Source of the DNA: Octopus sinensis
Taxonomy: Eukaryota
Length of the DNA stretch: 50,694 bases
Direction: 5' to 3'
NCBI RefSeq assembly: GCF_006345805.1
Contig: NW_021826214.1
Location: 1 to 50,694, forward strand
The position numbers and the translations under genes were made by a program. The notes under the pieces were generated by a model. It did no database searches and had not been told where the DNA came from. It saw only the letters and a list, made by a program, of their open reading frames with translations. Position 1 is the stretch's first letter, and each line of letters opens with the position of its first letter. This document shows positions 24,350 to 36,290 of this stretch, piece by piece.

Positions 24350-25598
24350 CGAGGGGCGTTCAATAAGTAATGCCCCTGACCCACTTCCCATAGCAGTAGA
24401 GCAACGAAACTTAGCACAGTTATTAGTCTTTTTCTACATAGGAACCACCCAGAGTTACGCATTTCTCCCATTGTTTGATGCAGCTCTGGAGACCGTTTTT
24501 GTAGAAGACCCCAGCTTGGTCCTCCAACCTGAACGTGACATCAGAAATCAAGGCTGCATCATCTGGGAAACGCTTTCCTTTCAAAAACAACTTCATGGCT
24601 GGGAAGAGGTGAAAATCAGAGGGTGCAAGGTCAGGAAAGTAGGGGGATGGGGGAGGAGTTCATAGCCATACGCCTGTGCTTCTGATCTGGCGACAAGCGA
24701 GTTGTGGACCGGAGCATTGTCCTGCAGGAGGAGGATGTCTTTGCTGATCTTGACCGCCTCTTGATTTTGATAACTTAATTTACTCAAAAGTGAAGCATAA
24801 TAGGCTCCTGCAATTGTGGTACCCTTTGCCAGGAAATCTGTCATCACTATCCGTCCTAGTCCCAGAAGACTGTGAGCATGACCTTGCCAGCGGAGGGCTG
24901 CACCCTTGCCTTCTTTGGAGGGGGTGAGTCACGGTGCTTCCACTGCATTGACTGGGCTTTGGTCTCTGGATCATCGTGATGGACCCAGGTTTCATCCTGT
25001 GTAATCAGTCTTTTGAAAAATTTTGACTCATTTTCTTGGCACATCTCCAAATTCACCCTCGAGCACTCGACGCGTTCTTGCTTCTGGAAAGGCGTGAGCA
25101 ACCTGGGAATCCATCTGGCAGGCACCTTTTGCATATGCAAATGGTCATGAATGATAGTTTCCACAGACCCGGTACTAATCTTGACCTCATGGGCTATAAT
25201 TATGCGACGATCTTCCAAAATGGCAGCCTCAACTTGACGGACAGATGCCTCATCAATGGCAGAAGGGGCGACCAGATCTGGGAGCTGTTTCCACAGAGTT
25301 CCGACCATGTTTGAATTCACGATGCCAGCGTTTTACAAGGTCATATGATGGGGCATCATCACCATAAGTTACTTTCATTTCATCAAAAGTCTCCCGTGGT
25401 GTGCGTCCTTTCAAATACAAAAACCGGATCACTGCTCGATACTCAACAGGCTCCATTTCACACTTGACTCGGTTCAAACACCTGTAAATCAGAAACCACA
25501 ATTAATTCAGAGCTGTAATTTGCCACTTACTCTATAGAGATATAAATGATTGCACAAGCAAAAGTGGGTCAGAGGCATTACTTATTGAACGTCCCTCG
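24350..25598 (-). mobile_element. Full-length mariner (irritans-like TIR), 1249 bp, TA TSD, disrupted transposase 24423-25456
   Basis: 37-bp TIRs CGAGGG(G/A)CGTTCAATAAGTAATGCC(C/T)CTGACCCACTT (2 mismatches) with TA at 24348-49 and 25599-600. Motifs MEPVEYRAVIRFL, RSGRP, WIPRLL, TQDETW, LQDNAPVH and a shifted DLAPSDFHLF; several frameshifts and stops. Confidence 0.95.
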
Positions 25599-25941
25599 TA
25601 TATGTAAAGCATAATATGTTATACATGTATGTATATTGTTATAATGTTTTTTTAAACAAATAAATACACATAACATAATGACTAAAAGTTAATGAATACC
25701 ACCTATTGACCCCATCCATTTTCTTATTGCCGTATAAATTAAGGGTATAAAAACTTTTTTACCCCCACCCGTTTATTACATTCAGTAGTGTAATTGCCAT
25801 GCAAAGAAAAAAAAATTGTGTATTAATAATTGGGTATTCTATCAGCAGTATATCGGATAGATATTATCCCTTAGTTGGTTGGACTCACAACCTCCAACTT
25901 TCTTGGAATCATATATATATATATATTATATATATATATAT

Positions 25942-26251
25942 AACATACAATATTAGATATGTCCATATATGTGCACATATGCACATGTCTAATATTGTAT
26001 GTATATATTTTATTAATTTGCCTGTACGACTGATAATTCGCTTGCCACTCGTGATGGTATTTTAATAATACCATCCCTATATATATATATATATAATATA
26101 TATATATATATATAAACATACAATATTAGATATGTCCATATATGTGCACATATGCACATGTCTAATATTGTATGTATATATTTTATTAATTTGCCTGTAC
26201 GACTGATAATTCGCTTGCCACTCGTGATGGTATTTTAATAATACCATCCCT
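25942..26251 (+). repeat. Two identical 137-bp units (25942-26078, 26115-26251) separated by (TA)n
   Basis: Base-by-base identical by eye; period 173. Confidence 0.9.
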
Positions 26252-26265
26252 ATATATATATATAT

Positions 26266-26297
<32 letters not shown>

Positions 26298-26310
26298 ATA
26301 TATACATACA

Positions 26311-26515
26311 TGTGACCTCGTGAGCACCGCCAGCAATTTTTTTTCCTCTGTCTTCCCTTCTCGGGATCTTTCCTTCTCCTTTGTTCCGACGAAGAGCTCC
26401 GCTCGAAACGTTAAACCCTCCTTCCCTTCTTTCCTGAGCGTCCAATAATACTTTATTTGTTCCACGTCCTCGCGTTGCTGTGTTTTTTTTTTTGTGTTTT
26501 CTTGTTTGGATTAAC
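26311..26515 (+). mobile_element. Penelope-like pLTR-type unit with HHR-like core, flanked by (TA)n
   Basis: Core CCGACGA (26386-92)-A-GAGC/GCTC stem-GAAAC (26405-09)-GTT; same ends as 10756-10966. Confidence 0.65.
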
Positions 26516-26579
26516 TATATATATATATATTGAATGTGTTGGACTAAAAAAGATATTTCTTTGCTTCTGTATTTTTCAG

Positions 26580-26617
26580 AGATGGTCGAAATTATCAATG
26601 CAGCCAATGATCTATGA
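26580..26617 (+). CDS. Secreted two-EF-hand protein, coding exon 3 ([E]MVEIINAANDL*)
   Basis: Acceptor TTTCTTTGCTTCTGTATTTTTCAG ends at 26579. The phase-1 join G|AG supplies the invariant Glu12 of EF-hand 2, followed by an amphipathic exit helix and TGA at 26615-26617. AATAAA lies about 80 nt downstream. Confidence 0.85.
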
Positions 26618-26697
26618 GGAGAGATAGTAAAATATCGAAATGATAAAGTTATATCGATATGAATTTCCACTGTAAAACCTCAGAATTATTGAGAAGC

Positions 26698-26703
26698 AAT
26701 AAA
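26698..26703 (+). terminator. Polyadenylation signal AATAAA of the EF-hand gene
   Basis: AATAAA lies 80 nt after the stop codon in non-repetitive sequence. Confidence 0.65.
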
Positions 26704-26795
26704 AATATGCATTAATACCTTACAAGTGACTTCGTTATTTTTTTCGCTGAAATTTCGCTGGCATTTCGAAAGTGTTGCATGAAAGTTACCAGCAT

Positions 26796-26997
26796 ACTCT
26801 TTTACTTGTTTCAGTCATTTGACTGCGGCCATGCTGGAGCACCGCCCTTAGTCGAGCAAATCGACCCCGGGACTTATTCTTTGTAAGCCCAGTACTTATT
26901 CTATCAGTCTCTTTTGCCGAACCGCTAAGTGACGGGGACGTAAACACACCAGCATCGGTTGTCAAGCAATGCTAGGGGGACAAACACAGACACACAA

Positions 26998-27032
<35 letters not shown>

Positions 27033-27198
27033 CATATATACAACAGGCTTCTTTCAGTTTCCGTCTACCAAATCCATTCACAAGGCATTGGTCCGCCCGG
27101 GGCTATAGCAGAAGACACTTGCCCAAGATGTCACGCAGTGGGACTGAACCCGGAACCATGTGGTTGTTTAGCAAGCTACTTACCACACAGCCACTCCT
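26796..27198 (-). mobile_element. SINE family B full length
   Basis: Complete reverse-complement match to 20964-21378. Confidence 0.93.
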
Positions 27199-27204
27199 CC
27201 TCGT

Positions 27205-27733
27205 TTCAAACAAATATTTCCTCAGCCGCTTATTGTAGCCTTTAGACGGAATAAGAAAATAAGAGAATTATTGACCTCTATTTCTGACTCCAAGAAAACG
27301 AACATTGGAGTATCTGCATGCTGTACTTTGAAAAAGAACATTCGCAAGAGAGGTAAGCCCTGTTCATTGTGCAACAACATGAGTGAAGTGAATTCCATCA
27401 GGAATCATAACAGAAATGTTATGATTTATACAAAAGGTGGAACATGTAGAGATTCCCGTTTGGTGTACGCGGCAACATGATTTATGTTGGTTGTACAACA
27501 GAACAATTAAACAAAAGATTCAATGGGCTCAGATCCGACGTCAGGCATAATAACAGTAGTTCCACGGAACTTGCCAAACATTTCGTTTCAAGCGGCTGCA
27601 ATTTTGAAGAAGACTTGAAAGTGAATATTCTCAGAAAATATTCTGAATCTGCTTCACTTTCACTTCTCAGAATGCATGAGGAGAAATATGTTTGCTGGTT
27701 ATTAACATCACGCCCTGGAAGAATGAATAAAAC
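27205..27733 (+). mobile_element. Penelope-like element fragment: linker and GIY-YIG endonuclease (pseudogene)
   Basis: IFPQPLIVAFRRNKKIRELL (PLE post-RT motif), Cys-rich linker ...KPCSLC, TCRDSRLVYAAT, frameshift, then IYVGCTTEQLNKRFNGLRSD, LAKHF, EEKYVCWL..PGRMN. Confidence 0.85.
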
Positions 27734-27736
27734 GAC

Positions 27737-27938
27737 AGGGGCTAAACATAGAAGGGACAGAGACAGACATAGGTATTAAGTCGATTACATCGACCCCAGT
27801 GCGTAACTGGTACTTAATTTATCGACCCCGAAAGGATGAAAGGCAAAGTGGACCTCAGCGGAATCTGAACTCAGAACGTAGCGGCAGACGAAATACCGCA
27901 AACAATTTCGCCCGGCGTGCTAACGATTCTGCCAGCGA
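27737..27938 (-). mobile_element. SINE family A
   Basis: Reverse-complement match. Confidence 0.9.
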
Positions 27939-28495
27939 GAATATCAACTTTATACAAAACTGTTTGATCAAATATTCTTCTTTTTCTTTTTCTTCTTTCC
28001 TCTTTTTTTCTGTCTTTTTCGTTTCGCCTTTTATAAAATTGAAACTAAATTCCATCAACGTGTGGACACTGGTTGCTCTCGTTCATACTTTAGATTTAAA
28101 TTTCTATAATTTTGAATTTCTATTACTTCTTATTTTGAACTTGACAAAGACAGACTTACTGTTGAAATATCGCTCAATCGATAAAATATCTATTACAATC
28201 GAATCGTGCTGCCCTTGTGGCAAAATTTCAGACCATAATTTATTCTTCCTGTTGCTGTTACGGTTGCAGTTACCAATAAGAAGAATTTAGGAAGAAATAA
28301 AGAATATATTTAAAAAAATAGAATTTTAAAGCGAAACTTTCTACAATAAACTATGAGAGAGGATGAAATTGATTTGAACCTTTCATCGTAGGGAAATGTG
28401 GGGAGCTGGGAAGTAGTGGAAGATGTTGGAAGTGTATGTGGAGGAATGTACACACATACAAACACACACACACACACACATGCATGTATACACAC

Positions 28496-28533
<38 letters not shown>

Positions 28534-29020
28534 GTGTGTATGTGTGTATATATGTATGTGTTTGTGCTTGTCTGTATATTTGTGTGTTCGTGCATATACA
28601 TAAGTGTCGAGTGTGTGTGTGTGTGTGTGTGTGCATGCATGTATGTATATATGTATATCTACACATACAAACATACATATAAACATATATGTGTGTATGT
28701 TTGTCGGGGGGGGGTTGTTTTTAATTATACAAAATCAACAAACAACTGAAGACAGAAATTAATACCTTAAGTAGAAAGAGAAATTGTTTAATATATATAT
28801 ATATATTATATATATATATATATATATACATATGTATATGTGTGTGTGAATGTATGTATATACAAATATATACACACACATATATATATATACATACATA
28901 CATACATACATATGTAAATATATATATAATATATATTATATATATATATATATATACGTATGTATATACATATTATATACATATATATTATACATATACA
29001 TGTATATATATATATATATT

Positions 29021-29076
<56 letters not shown>

Positions 29077-29214
29077 CACACACACACATATATATATATA
29101 AGTGGTGGGGGCAAAGGGGATTACATATGCTTGTTCATATGTTTATACGCGTGCACGCTCACACATGTACTCATATATACGCACACACACCGCATAACTA
29201 CGCATATTCATATA

Positions 29215-29372
29215 CGAGGTCTGATCAATAAGTATCCGGACTGTTGCTGTAGTAACCGAAGCTAACGAACGCAGAGTGAAGCTGCTCGGCAAAGAGTGGC
29301 CTTGAATTCTGTACAGCAGTGCTTGGAAGGAACGTGTGTAGCGTGTGATCGTTGAAATTACCATGACAGAGT
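29215..29372 (+). mobile_element. Mariner 5' end fragment (TIR and 5'UTR)
   Basis: TA|CGAGGTCTGATCAATAAGTATCCGGACT resembles the TIR at 24350 (CGAGG...TCAATAAGTA); truncated near a putative ATG. Confidence 0.65.
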
Positions 29373-30442
29373 AAGATGATGGTGATAATGATGATGATGA
29401 TGACGATGACGATGTCGTTGTTATTGCTGTTGTTGTTTATCTTTCATGTCGTAATTGAATTGCGAAAATTTCGATTCTCGTGTAATCTTTCTCCTCCAAC
29501 TTTTCCATCATCACTATGCAAAATGGTGCACCAAAAGTCTTGGTCAAGCGTTCTGTAGCACTTTGCAACACTGCTTTCATGTGTCTTCTGCAATATTTTG
29601 CTATAGCTTGGGCCGAACAAGGTCGAACTAGGCTTCCACAGTTTCCGTCCACCAACATTCACTCATTGAAGCTGTTTTTCAACTCGAGGTTATGATTGAT
29701 GACACTTAGCCTAAGTTCAAAGCAGTGAAGTTAAATTCAACTCGAAACCAGAATACATCGAAGTCAATCTTATAACCACGTAGTTACAAAACGGCGCAGT
29801 TATTCGGTGGCTATCTTTTTGAAAAACAACATTTGTTTACAAATATACTCGTTAGACACATCTTTACTTATGTTAGTCCTACAAGAAACCCAATCTCTGT
29901 TCCCCGTCCCACATCGTCCCACCAAAACCGAAGAACTAAAATTAACACAAATAATAATGCGTTTCACATTATTATTGGCTGCACAGACCACACCTATAGA
30001 CTTCCAATACAGCAAAACCAAAATTCTTAAAATAATATGCAAGGAGCATAATTTGTTGCAGTATAAATCTTTAGTCCTCAGTCCTTTTCAATAAATTATG
30101 ACTAAACATCCAAACACATCTTGAGCATTCCAGTAGAAGACCCCGACATCATCCTGAGATCTAGTCCCCGCACTCGCTTCAGGAAAATATAAAGCATTAA
30201 TGACTTATAGGGACAATGAATTTCGTTATGCAATTGTAATATGTTATAAAGAATATTAAACGTTTCTATAAGCCAATGCCGTGTTCTACTGTGTTAGCAG
30301 TGCGATTTACATCTCTTGTTATGGTTATCTCTGCAGACATTCTAGAGCAGTTATAGCCAGCACTGATTTTTGCTATGGCGTTTCGTAAGCGAGATGCCAG
30401 ATGTGATCGAGGATGAAAAATGGGTAATGGGAGATGTAAGAG

Positions 30443-30606
30443 TACCGCTAACAAACGCTTGACAAACGATGTTAGTGTGTTTACGTTCCCGTAACTTAGC
30501 ATTTCGGCAAAAAGTATTCTATAGAATAACTAACACTAAGAATAAGAAACTGGGTTTGATTTGATCAGCTAAAACCTTCATGGTGGTGCACCAGCATAGC
30601 CGGAGC
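30443..30606 (+). mobile_element. Degenerate SINE family B 3' half
   Basis: GCTTGACAAACGATGTTAGTGTGTTTACGTTCCCGTAACTTAGC... matches the family B body. Confidence 0.7.
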
Positions 30607-30638
30607 ATCATCATCATCATCATCACTATATATGTAAA

Positions 30639-30950
30639 GGCGCATGGCTCAGTGGTTAGAGCGTCGAGCTTACGATCGTTAGGTTGTGAGCTCGAATCCT
30701 GGACCGGGCTGCGTGTTGTGTTCTTGAGCAAGACACTTTATTTCATGTTTCTCCAGTTCACTCAGTTATAGAAATGAGTTGCGACGTCACTGGTGTCAAG
30801 CTGTATCAGCCCCTTTGTCTTGGATAATATCGGTGGCATGAAGAGGGGAGAAGCTGGTATGCATAGGCGACTGCTGGTCTTCCATAAACGACTTTGCTTG
30901 GACTTATGTCTCGGAGAGTAACTTTCTAGGTGCAATCCCATGGTCATTCA
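30639..30950 (+). mobile_element. tRNA-derived SINE family D
   Basis: A-box TGGCTCAGTGG, B-box-like GAGCTCGAATCC, conserved-core-like GTGTTCTTGAGCAAGACACTT. Confidence 0.82.
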
Positions 30951-31767
30951 TATATATACAAAGTAAGATAGGGGTTATGAGTGCAACCCACTATGGGATA
31001 GCATTTATCCAATATACTACTGGTAAATTACCCAAATTCTTAATATATAAATGTTTTTAATTGCAATGCAATTAACTCATTTATTGTATTAAACGGGTGA
31101 AGGTAAAGAAATATTTTTACCGTAAATTTACAATACAAAGAAGAAAATGGAGAAACAAATTTGGTTTGAGAGAGAGGAGGAGAGAGAAGGCAGGAGAGAG
31201 AGCGGTAGCTGGAAAATGTTGCATATCTAAGCAACAACATTTTCCAGCGCTTTTCTGGATGTCCTGACGAAGGGATTTTCACCCCGAAATGTAGAAATAC
31301 AAGGAAAAACTGCATCTTTGTTCTGTTTTCTTTTCAATTTGCAGTTTACTTTGTGCCTTTTCGCATTGTTCCGGCCTTACACAGTTACAGTCTTTAAATA
31401 TATATATAATTGAAGAAATTGGAATCAGGAAAGGGAGTCTAACCGTGCTCCCTCTTCTTGACTCCAATTTCTTTACTTTTATATTCACACATGTCGAATG
31501 CCCAATTTTAGGGTTCGAAATATATAATAATACTGCCTATACTATTAGGTTATTCTGAAGGTGGACGACCTCTATACTATATTCTAACACGTTTCTAACA
31601 GAATGCAACTACATATATGATTTCTATAGGCATATTGACACGTAACCAAATTGTATACATAATATACGTAATACAGCTAATAAGAGACCCGTACAGCCTG
31701 GTTATAGATTTCGCGTGCTTCTCAGAGTTTCGTTACAGCTTTCATAAGCTGGGCTTTAACGTAACTC

Positions 31768-31809
31768 GATCTCTGATGAGTCTTTAATGAGAAACGAAAC
31801 TAGTCAGTC
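31768..31809 (+). ncRNA. Minimal type I hammerhead ribozyme motif (PLE-type)
   Basis: CT-CTGATGA (31773-79)-GT...AC-GAAAC (31796-800)-TA-GTC-AG; palindromic stem III ACTAGT and a GUC site; stems I and II are weak. Confidence 0.55.
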
Positions 31810-31952
31810 CAGTGCTCATTCTTAGCTGTTAAAACTTCCGTTGTTTACCCACAGAGGTCTCACTTGTCAGCCTCATCTAACATATGTCTATAAAACATGC
31901 TATATACACTACTTCCGCGTGTAATATATATATATATATATGTGTGTGTGTG

Positions 31953-31990
<38 letters not shown>

Positions 31991-32315
31991 TGTGTGTGTG
32001 TGTATGTATGTATGTATGTATGTATGTATGTTTTATTAATGTATATATATATATATATATAATATATATATATGCAATATGCTTATATATATATATATAT
32101 ATATATATATCTATATAATATATATATATATATATATATGAATATATATATTGGTGTACGTATGCGTATTCGTAGTCAGGTTGCGGTTGCAACAACAGTA
32201 ATATATATATATTCCACACAGACATATACATATACATATATATATATATATATACAACATACATACCTACATACATACATACATACATACTACACATAGT
32301 GTTGTGTATATACAT

Positions 32316-32356
<41 letters not shown>

Positions 32357-32731
32357 TATATATATATATATATATACATACATGATACATACATACATGA
32401 TACATACACACATGATACATACATGTGTGTGTGTGTGTATAATGGATATGACTGCTACCTTACCGAGGCTAATTCTAAGCAGATGTATGAGCGTCTTCTA
32501 ATTTGTGGAATACTGGGGGAATGCGACTCAAGGGAAAACGAGAATATCTCACTGAGATTTCTCATGCGACATCTGTGTACAGTGTGTGTGTGTGTGCATA
32601 ATGTGTGTGTGTGTGTGCGCGCGTGTGTGTACATGTGTGAATATACATACGCTTGTACAAATACACACACACTCACACGCACACGCATGTGTGTGTGTGC
32701 ATGTGTGAGCGTGTTTGGCCCATGCCATACG

Positions 32732-32763
<32 letters not shown>

Positions 32764-33134
32764 TAAATATTAACAAGCAGTCAAGTTCTTAAAGTGTGTG
32801 AAAAGACATGGTCAGCTGACCTCTACAACAATGCCTGACTTTTGTCCCCTGCCCCACGGAACAGCATCAGGTCTGTTATGTTTGCACCGAATTGTTCTTT
32901 TAATCTGAGTGTTCCATAAGTATTCCTTGTTTTTAAAGGTGAGAATACCTGCTGGTTCTGGCATTCCTTTGATGCATACGTCAGGGGAATCCTTGAAGGT
33001 ATGTATTGTGAAATTCGAGACTGTTGGGACTTCGACTTCCCCGGAACGGTTTTTATTCAGCCAATATCTGTTGAATTAGCTGTTGGCTTTTAGTATCAAG
33101 TCCCACGTTGTGTCATTATTTCTGAACAACCTAA

Positions 33135-33535
33135 GACGGCGAGCTGGCAGAATCGTAGGCACGTCGGGCGAAATGCTTAGCGGTATTTCGTCTGCCGCTA
33201 CGTTCTGAGTTCAAATTCTGCCGAGGTCGACTTTGCCTTTCATCCTTTCGGGGTCGATAAATTAAGTACCAGTTAGGCACTGGGGTCAATGTAATCGACT
33301 TAATCCGTTTGTCTGTCTTTGTTTGTCCCCTCTGTGTTTAGCCCCTTGTGAGTAGTAAAGAAATAGGTACTTCATCTGTCTTTACGTTCTGAGTACAAAT
33401 TCCGCCGAGGTCGACTTTATCTTTCGTCCTTTCGAGGTCGATTAAATAAGTACCAGTTGTGTATTGGGGTAGATCTAATCGACTGGCCCCATTTCAACCA
33501 AATTCGAAGCCTTGTGCCTATATTAGAAAGGATCA
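33135..33535 (+). mobile_element. SINE family A dimer
   Basis: Head and tail, then the junction AAAGAAATAGGTACTTCATCTG, then a second body with the GCCTTGTGCCTATATTAGAAAGG tail. Confidence 0.9.
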
Positions 33536-33574
33536 TTTCTAAACAAATTTATAAGAATAATAATATGAATTTAA

Positions 33575-33614
<40 letters not shown>

Positions 33615-33754
33615 TGTAATGCTTTTAGCGTGTCGTAAAATCGGAAAAACATAAACGGAAATCCGTACAGTTGTAGACTGGGTATGTGTTTCTTAATCAA
33701 TTTAACACATTGGATTAGCTATGCATCCATTACTGCACAGTTTCACCGTTATTT

Positions 33755-33965
33755 AGACATGTGGAAGATTCACAGACAACAGGTGGACCCATGCAGTTGC
33801 CGCGTGGTAGCCAGAATTGGTAAAGGTCCCTTGGAAGGCCTCCACTAGGGTGGAAAGATGATCTAGCTAAGCAATTTGGGTGAAGATGGAAAAGAATAGC
33901 GCAATCAAGACAAAATTGTAAGTGCATTGTGACCGGCGGTGTGCAACAGCATCTGATGGCCTGGT
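33755..33965 (+). mobile_element. RTE-clade LINE 3' end (degenerate)
   Basis: RFTDNRWTHAVAAW, then RSLGRPPLGWKDDLAKQFG*RWKRIAQSRQNCK, matching the RTE C-terminal DNRW/GRP..W.DD/W...AQ.R..W pattern. Confidence 0.75.
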
Positions 33966-34130
33966 CGATACTGCTGATGTGTATATGTGTAGGTATTTTG
34001 TTATGTATGTATACGCCCGTGTGTATACATACACGCTCACACATATAAATATGTATGTATATATGTGAGTGTATGTAATATATATATTATATTATACATA
34101 CATACATACATATATTATATATATATATAC

Positions 34131-34270
<140 letters not shown>

Positions 34271-34690
34271 GGGCAGAAGAAAGTTGCTTCCCACCACATG
34301 GTTCCAAGTTCAGTCCCACTGCGTGACACCTTGGGCAAGTGTCTTCTTCTATAGCCTCAGGCTGACCAAGCCATCTGAGTGGATTTGGTAAACGGAAACT
34401 GAAAGAAGCCCTTCATATATATATATGTATTTATGTATTTATGTATATGTGGGTGTGTGCGCGTGTCTTTCTGTATGTATGTGTGTGCGTTTGTTCCCCA
34501 CCACGGCTTGACAATCGGTTTATTTATGTCCCCATAACTTAGAAGTTCGGCAAACGGAACCGATAGAATGAGCACCGGGCTTTAAAAAAAGGAACAGGTA
34601 CTGGGATCGACTCGTTCAACTAGAATTCTTCAAGGCAGTGCTCCAGCACGGCCGTTGTCTAATGACTGAAACAAGTAAAAGATAAAAGAA
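34271..34690 (+). mobile_element. SINE family B (head eroded)
   Basis: Core and tail match. Confidence 0.88.
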
Positions 34691-34724
34691 TTCACACACA
34701 CACACACATTTTTACATAACGTCT

Positions 34725-35645
34725 TTCTCCCTCTCTCCCTCTCTCCCTCTCTCCCTCTCTCCCTCTCCCTCTCTCCCTCTCTCCTTCTCCCTCACTCCCT
34801 CTCACTCTCTCTCGTTTCCAATGTTTTCTTTCTCTTTGCTGTCTTTCCTTCGCATTTTCTTTCCCTTTTCTTCCTCCCTGTCTTTCTTCTTTCTTCCTCT
34901 CTTTCCTCTCTGCCTCTTTCTCCCTCTCTCCCTCTCTCTCTCGTTTCCAATTTTTTTTCTTTCTCTTTGCTTTCTTTCCTTCTCCTTTTCTTTCCCTTTT
35001 CTCCACCCCACCTCCGTCTTTCTTCTTTCTTCCTCTCTTTCCTTGCTTCTCTCCTTTCTTTCCCACTCCTTCCTTCTTCCTTCACCGCCATTTATCTTCT
35101 CTCTCCTCTTCCTTCTCTTTTCCTCCCCCCTCCCTCACGTTCCTCTCTTTCTTTCTTCTTCCTTTCTTTCCTTCTCTCCGTCTTAACTCTTGGCCCTCCT
35201 CCCTTCACAACATTTCTTTTTCTCTCCTCATTCTCTCTCTCTCTCTCTCTTCTTCCCCCCCCTCCTCCCCCTGTCTCTTCTTCCCCCTACTTCCCCCTCT
35301 CTCTTCTTCCCCCCCTCCCCCTCTCTCTTCTTCCCCCCCATCCCCCCTCTCTCTTCTTCCCCACCCCATCCACCCTCTCTCTTCTTCCCCACCCCCATCC
35401 CCCTCTCTCTTCTTCCCCCTACTTCCCCCTCTCTCTTCTTCCCCCCTCCTCTTCTTCCCCCCTCTCTCTCCTCTCTCTCCCCCCCTCTCTCCCCCCCTCC
35501 CCCCCTCCTCTTCTCCTCCCTCCCCCTCTCTCTTCTTCCCCCTACTTCCCCCTCTCTCTTCTTCCCCCTCCCCCTCCTCCTCTCGCCCCCCCCCCTCCTC
35601 CCCCTCTCTCTTCTTCCCCTCCTCCCCCTCTCTCTTCTCTCTCTT
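34725..35645 (+). repeat. About 900-bp polypyrimidine tract with a (CT)-rich minisatellite
   Basis: Almost purine-free; recurring CTCTCTCTTCTTCCCCC(TACTTCCCC) units. Confidence 0.92.
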
Positions 35646-36258
35646 GTTGATGATGATGCTACCTCTGCCCTGACCCCATTTCGCTATTCAGCCATTCCAA
35701 TGTCGTCACGTCTCCAATTACCACACAGCAAGGAAATAATTAGCAACCACAAGGACAACAGAAGTAGCGTTAGCAACACCTCATCCTTCTCCCCCCCCTC
35801 CACTCTTGCCGTCCCACCATCACCACCACTGCACCTCCTTGCCATTCGCATTCTCTTACTACTCCTCTCACCCTCACTCACAACCATTACCAGTTACCAC
35901 GTTCACATTTATCAACGAAAACGGAGGGCACGCTGCGGGGTCGCAAAACCTGTTAGAAATGGCAACCAGATCTCCCTCAAGTCATCCCAATGTGGTCTTA
36001 GAGAAACAAAAACAAAAAGAAAGAAAAAAAACGAAAAGAAAATTAAAAAACAAACAAAAATCATATTAGAGCAGTGGTTCTCAACGACGGTCCTTAGGGT
36101 GGTGGTGGTGGTGGTGATGGGGGAGGGGTACATATGGCCCTTGTTGGTGGTGGGTGGGTCGGTGCATGTAAGATTATTGTTAAAATTTGTGCAACAAATT
36201 GCTTGTATTTCTACACAGCACAAAATATTTTAATTTGTATATATATATATATATATAA

Positions 36259-36290
<32 letters not shown>

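Noticed and set aside
12767-25320. Host genes SETMAR (mariner ORFs) and POGK (pogo ORFs)
   Set aside because: There is no SET, KRAB or other host domain; frameshifts and stops, plus TIRs for the mariners, show they are transposon remnants.
26603-26614. C-terminal ANDL as an ER-retention signal
   Set aside because: It fits the first two positions of the KDEL-like pattern but has D rather than E before L, so it is not a canonical match.
29790-30240. Possible retroelement protein remnant (ORFs 29807-30094, 29833-30030)
   Set aside because: No diagnostic motif is recognisable, and there are many stops.
20527-30710. tRNA genes at the SINE heads (20527, 20964, 30639)
   Set aside because: They have A/B boxes but no complete cloverleaf with a closing acceptor stem, and they continue into SINE bodies.
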